The notes beneath the pieces are model-generated. The model worked only from the letters and a program-made list of their open reading frames with translations. It searched no databases and was not told where the DNA came from. From Anthoceros angustus (lineage: Eukaryota > Plantae > Anthocerotophyta), in contig MU008177.1 of NCBI GenBank assembly GCA_010909165.1, positions 744,001 through 808,000 on the forward strand: DNA of 64,000 nt, in the 5' to 3' direction. The translations under genes were made by a program, and so were the position numbers. Positions 60,334-64,000 of the stretch are shown here, one piece after another (the first letter of the stretch is position 1; the number at the start of each line of letters is the position of its first letter).

Positions 60334-61461
60334 AAACAACCTCTGCCTTTGACAGATTGCGTTGATTAGACACATCAGCAAGTCTGTCAGGGTTCTAATT
60401 TGAGATCTTTCAAAGGTTAAGGAAGTTCAAGTCTTGAGCTAGCTCTGCATCTCTTGGTTCATCATGTTCGAGGAATCAAGTATTTACGATATCTCTTTCG
60501 TGGTCTGTCTTTTAATATGCTAGTTAGCCCATCCTTTGTGACAAAATTGACAACTTTTTCTTGTTAACCTAAAGTGACCAAGGGGGTTTATAAAAAGTTA
60601 CATTGAGTTTGCTTATTTATGTCTTTGAATGTTTTTTAATTTTAATATTTGTAATAAATTGAGAATGATTACATATAAATGATAGCCATCATATATAAAC
60701 GGTAATTTGAACAAACCAACTCTGTTCTCGCGTGCCCATATCCCATATTTAAACAACTATATGAAAACCAAAAATATGGAGTCGTTCTCATAGTTATTAA
60801 TAATTATCATACACCAAAAAAAAAACCCTCATGGATGAAACACACTGACATGGTCCTGCAACCGCGCAAGTCGACTATACGTAGTGGAAGGGCCGGGTGA
60901 AAGGACCTCACCTGGTTCAGGGTGGCCTATCATGGGGTAATGGCACGGCATCTGGCAGTTATAAGGCCCTCACTCCCGGTCCCGTCGCTAGCCATCCTCA
61001 TCATACTGGCCATTCCCAGTCATACCGGCCGGATACTGTATGGGGTGCATTCCGGGGCCATCCAAAGCAGCGAAAATGAAATTTTACCCATCTTTGATCT
61101 GATATGACTATTTATTATATCTGGTTAGGTGGTTGCTTTATCACAAGGACGGGCTGTCTTTTCACCAATGTATGGTTTTCTGATAGGATGGATTGACACA
61201 TCGGAGTCTTGTGCAACTGAAACATGATGACCTTTCCTCCGAGAGGTTGCTCTTTCAAGTTGACAGACTGGGAAAGCCGCACAGTTCACAGCCGACGCAC
61301 GACTGATAATGTGTTTAATGATGCGATGGCTCCCACTCCCTTTTGGATAGGCAAGTAACAAGTTCCCTCCTACATGTTTGATCCTTAGGCAGAGAACTGG
61401 GGTGAGGGGCATCTTATTGCTTATTGATGTCAGGTACGTTGCGTTGGGTTTTCTGATTATG

Positions 61462-64000
61462 TCAGTTAGTGCCTGCACGCCCTGCATAGGAATTTGGTAT
61501 TACGTATAACATAAGTGCACCCCACAATGAACATAATCCAGATATACCTTTCAGCTTATTCCGCATTTTTTCTCGCTGGGCTTCAGCTTCTAAACATCGC
61601 CACTCCATCTGCGCAGGTCGAGGTTAGCTTGTTTGAAAGACTATGAAGAACTAATCTTAACGAAAAAGCTATACCTCTTCTTTTTTCTTCATGATGGCGG
61701 CATTTATGGCCTGTTGTGTTCCCAGTTGGAGGGAGCTGTTTTTCAAGGCCACAAACAAGTTCTCCATCTTCTCCTGCTTTTCTGCAAGGCTCTTGCTCGT
61801 CATCTGTCGCACATAAGGTTAGAGGGAAGGGATTTGTAAGGGACTTTGATCCTTGAACTAGGTCAGAGCTTTATGCATGCCTACCTTAAGCTCTTCAGAT
61901 GCCACATCGTATTTCCGTTGTGCTTCAACAAGCTGCATGATAAAAACGTTAACTGCCACGTTGCCACAAGGGAGTAACAGGAGCATGAATCAAAGTGCTA
62001 CACAAAACCTCGTCGTTGCTTTGCTTCAAGCTGTTTAGTAGCACCCGGGCCTCAGCTTCAGCATTGTGTCTCTGCGTTTTCTCTTCATCCAAGCTGTGCA
62101 ACAGTTTGATGTTCGCATCTTCTAAAGCACTCAACCTACCGAACCAGACAAGCAGGTGTCTACCAATCAATGACAGGTTATCATGCAGTGTAATTATGTT
62201 CAGAGAAGAAATGAATTCAATCACACGCTTTCAAGAGAGAGGCACAAGTGACCAACCTCTCCTCAAGCCTTTCTTTGGATTTGACCAACTTCGTTATACG
62301 TTCCTGTGACTCTTGCACCTTGTTCTCCCATTGTTGTCGCTCACCATACAGAACCTCCAACTCCGTCTCAGACTCCACTGACTGCTGCCAAACTCATCTC
62401 ATTCCGTAAGTCTATATCTCCCATTCATCAGGAAAATGACCCGACAAGTCATCTCTGCGTCAGAGAGGAGGAATAATACCTTGCCTAAACCAGCCCGAAC
62501 GGCTCCTTCAATCTCGGCAGAAGCTTCTTCAAGCCACACAGCACGCTGCAAAACATGGACTCAGTTAGTCTGCAAGTGGACATTTGGCTGCACAAGGCAT
62601 GACTTGCAGCATGACCTGCTCAATACCTCTTCCTCCATATTGGTTATCCGCTCTTGAGCAACAGCAAGAGCAGCCTCACTTTGTTTGAGCTGTTACAAAA
62701 TGAAATGTTGCGAGTCAAGTCAACCATATTCTTTCAATACAAATGCAGGAATCGAGAACCGACGAAGTAGAGTAACACTTATAAAGACTTCCCTACAAGC
62801 ACATGTCGAGCATACAGGGTAAACAAAGGATCCATACACCTTAGAACACCTTCATGAGAAAAACCATGTTGTCTGCGGTTATTTTGGCAACAACCTGTCA
62901 AAAAGTTATATTTACATGAGTCTCTTAAGTTGCTCAAACTTAGTCTTAGTCTACCACGATACTTAGCCATACTCCTGCCATCTTACAATGAGACAGGCAT
63001 CACCTCCTTGAATCTGTCAAGCTGAGCCAAAGCCTTGGATGCATTTTTCTGAGCAGCTTCACTTTCCTTCAATTGCATTTCTTGATCAATCACAGTCCGG
63101 TTCAACCTTTCATTCTCTGACCTGGAGGGAGGGCACAAAAACTATGATCTACTGGAGACTGGCATCTTCTCAACTCAATCCCGATGGAACAGCTGACAAA
63201 ACGCCAGGGAATTATATATCGGTAGAAACCTCAAATGCGCGTTGTCATCAGAGAGCTTGGAGTGCTCTTTCAGCCGCAATTCATGCTCTCTCTCTTTGGC
63301 TTCTAACTTCTGAAGTTAGGAGAAACCACAATCATATTCAGGCCAGGTCAAAACCTCCAGAAGATGTTGCAACATTGATGCTGATGGTACGAGCCACCAT
63401 ACACTTCTTGACGTCTCTGATGAGCTGTTAGCCTCCTCCAGCTCCTGCATTAGCCGGTTCTTCTCATCCTCCTCTTCCCTTAAACGTAGCAGAGTCTCCT
63501 GCTTAGACAGTAGCACCAACCCCCCTGAGGGAGGAGCAAGATTACAGCAGAGTATGCATCTTCAAGCATGTGTCTTGCAAAGAAAAGACAGTAAAGCGCA
63601 TACTTGCATGTCAATGGCGAAAGCATCCATCTGATTCAGGGCCTCCAGCTGCAAGATCACACTAATGCTTAGAATCCCAAGAAAGCTGAACGGCAAACAT
63701 AACCAACGTTCTGTACACGATAAGTGCTCACATGATCTTCTTGAGTAGCTTTAAGCTTCTCCTGTAGCGTATGCACTTGTTCCCGCAAGTCCATCATCTG
63801 CTTCAAGCCGTAAACCATCACATCCCTCCCAGACTGTCACCAATCTACGAACAGCCGACAGGCAAATCCAAAGTGCATGCACGACAGCGTGCCTTCTTAC
63901 TTGGACTTTGATTCCTTCGATGTTGTCACATGCCTTCGTCAACTTTCCAACAGTTTTCTTCAGCGTGAACTTCTTCCTGCTCTCTGACGGCTGGAGAACA
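61462..64000 (-). CDS. Long coiled-coil protein, multi-exon, 5' part beyond the window
   Basis: Exons such as LSALEDANIKLLHSLDEEKTQRHNAEAEARVLLNSLKQSNDE, LLRLREEEDEKNRLMQELEEANS, SLAEKQEKMENLFVAL and MEWRCLEAEAQREKMRNKLK, with GT-AG junctions. Family not recognised. Confidence 0.7.

Noticed and set aside
60888-61060. Structured GC-rich stretch (GGGCCGGGTGA/TCACCTGGTTC hairpin) as a possible ncRNA
   Set aside because: No RNase MRP, SRP, snRNA or telomerase-template motifs, and no clear Pol III promoter recognised.

Overview
Eukaryotic nuclear DNA from a compact green-plant (streptophyte) genome, probably a non-seed plant or charophyte alga: short GT-AG introns, telo-boxes and a plant-type tRNA promoter are present, but the species cannot be determined here. 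There are three zones. (1) 1-16.3 kb is gene-dense: BLOS1, UXT, RPL29 with a downstream box C/D snoRNA, a plastid-type SAM methyltransferase, nitrilase-like NLP2/NIT1, an unidentified gene, a single-exon TMEM131-like gene and a CRTISO-family FAD oxidoreductase. (2) About 16.5-52.3 kb is a repeat island. It holds an LTR-like segment with a 22-bp minisatellite, then eight head-to-tail copies of a ~1.71-kb AT-rich unit, each carrying an intronless RING-H2 ORF. Next is a degenerate CACTA/EnSpm element whose Tnp2 gene is split by a 5.56-kb Sola1-type transposon (TIRs, ATAT target duplication, second divergent ORF), with a further GC-rich insertion inside it. The island ends in a chimeric HCF101-like plus CRTISO-like pseudogene fragment. 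(3) 52.8-64 kb holds AUG6, tRNA-Leu(CAG), small repeats and a coiled-coil gene cut by the window edge. The repeat island has many indels that look like unpolished long-read errors, so reading frames there were reconstructed by eye from the consensus of copies and need verification. No database searches were run; family assignments rest on remembered motifs.
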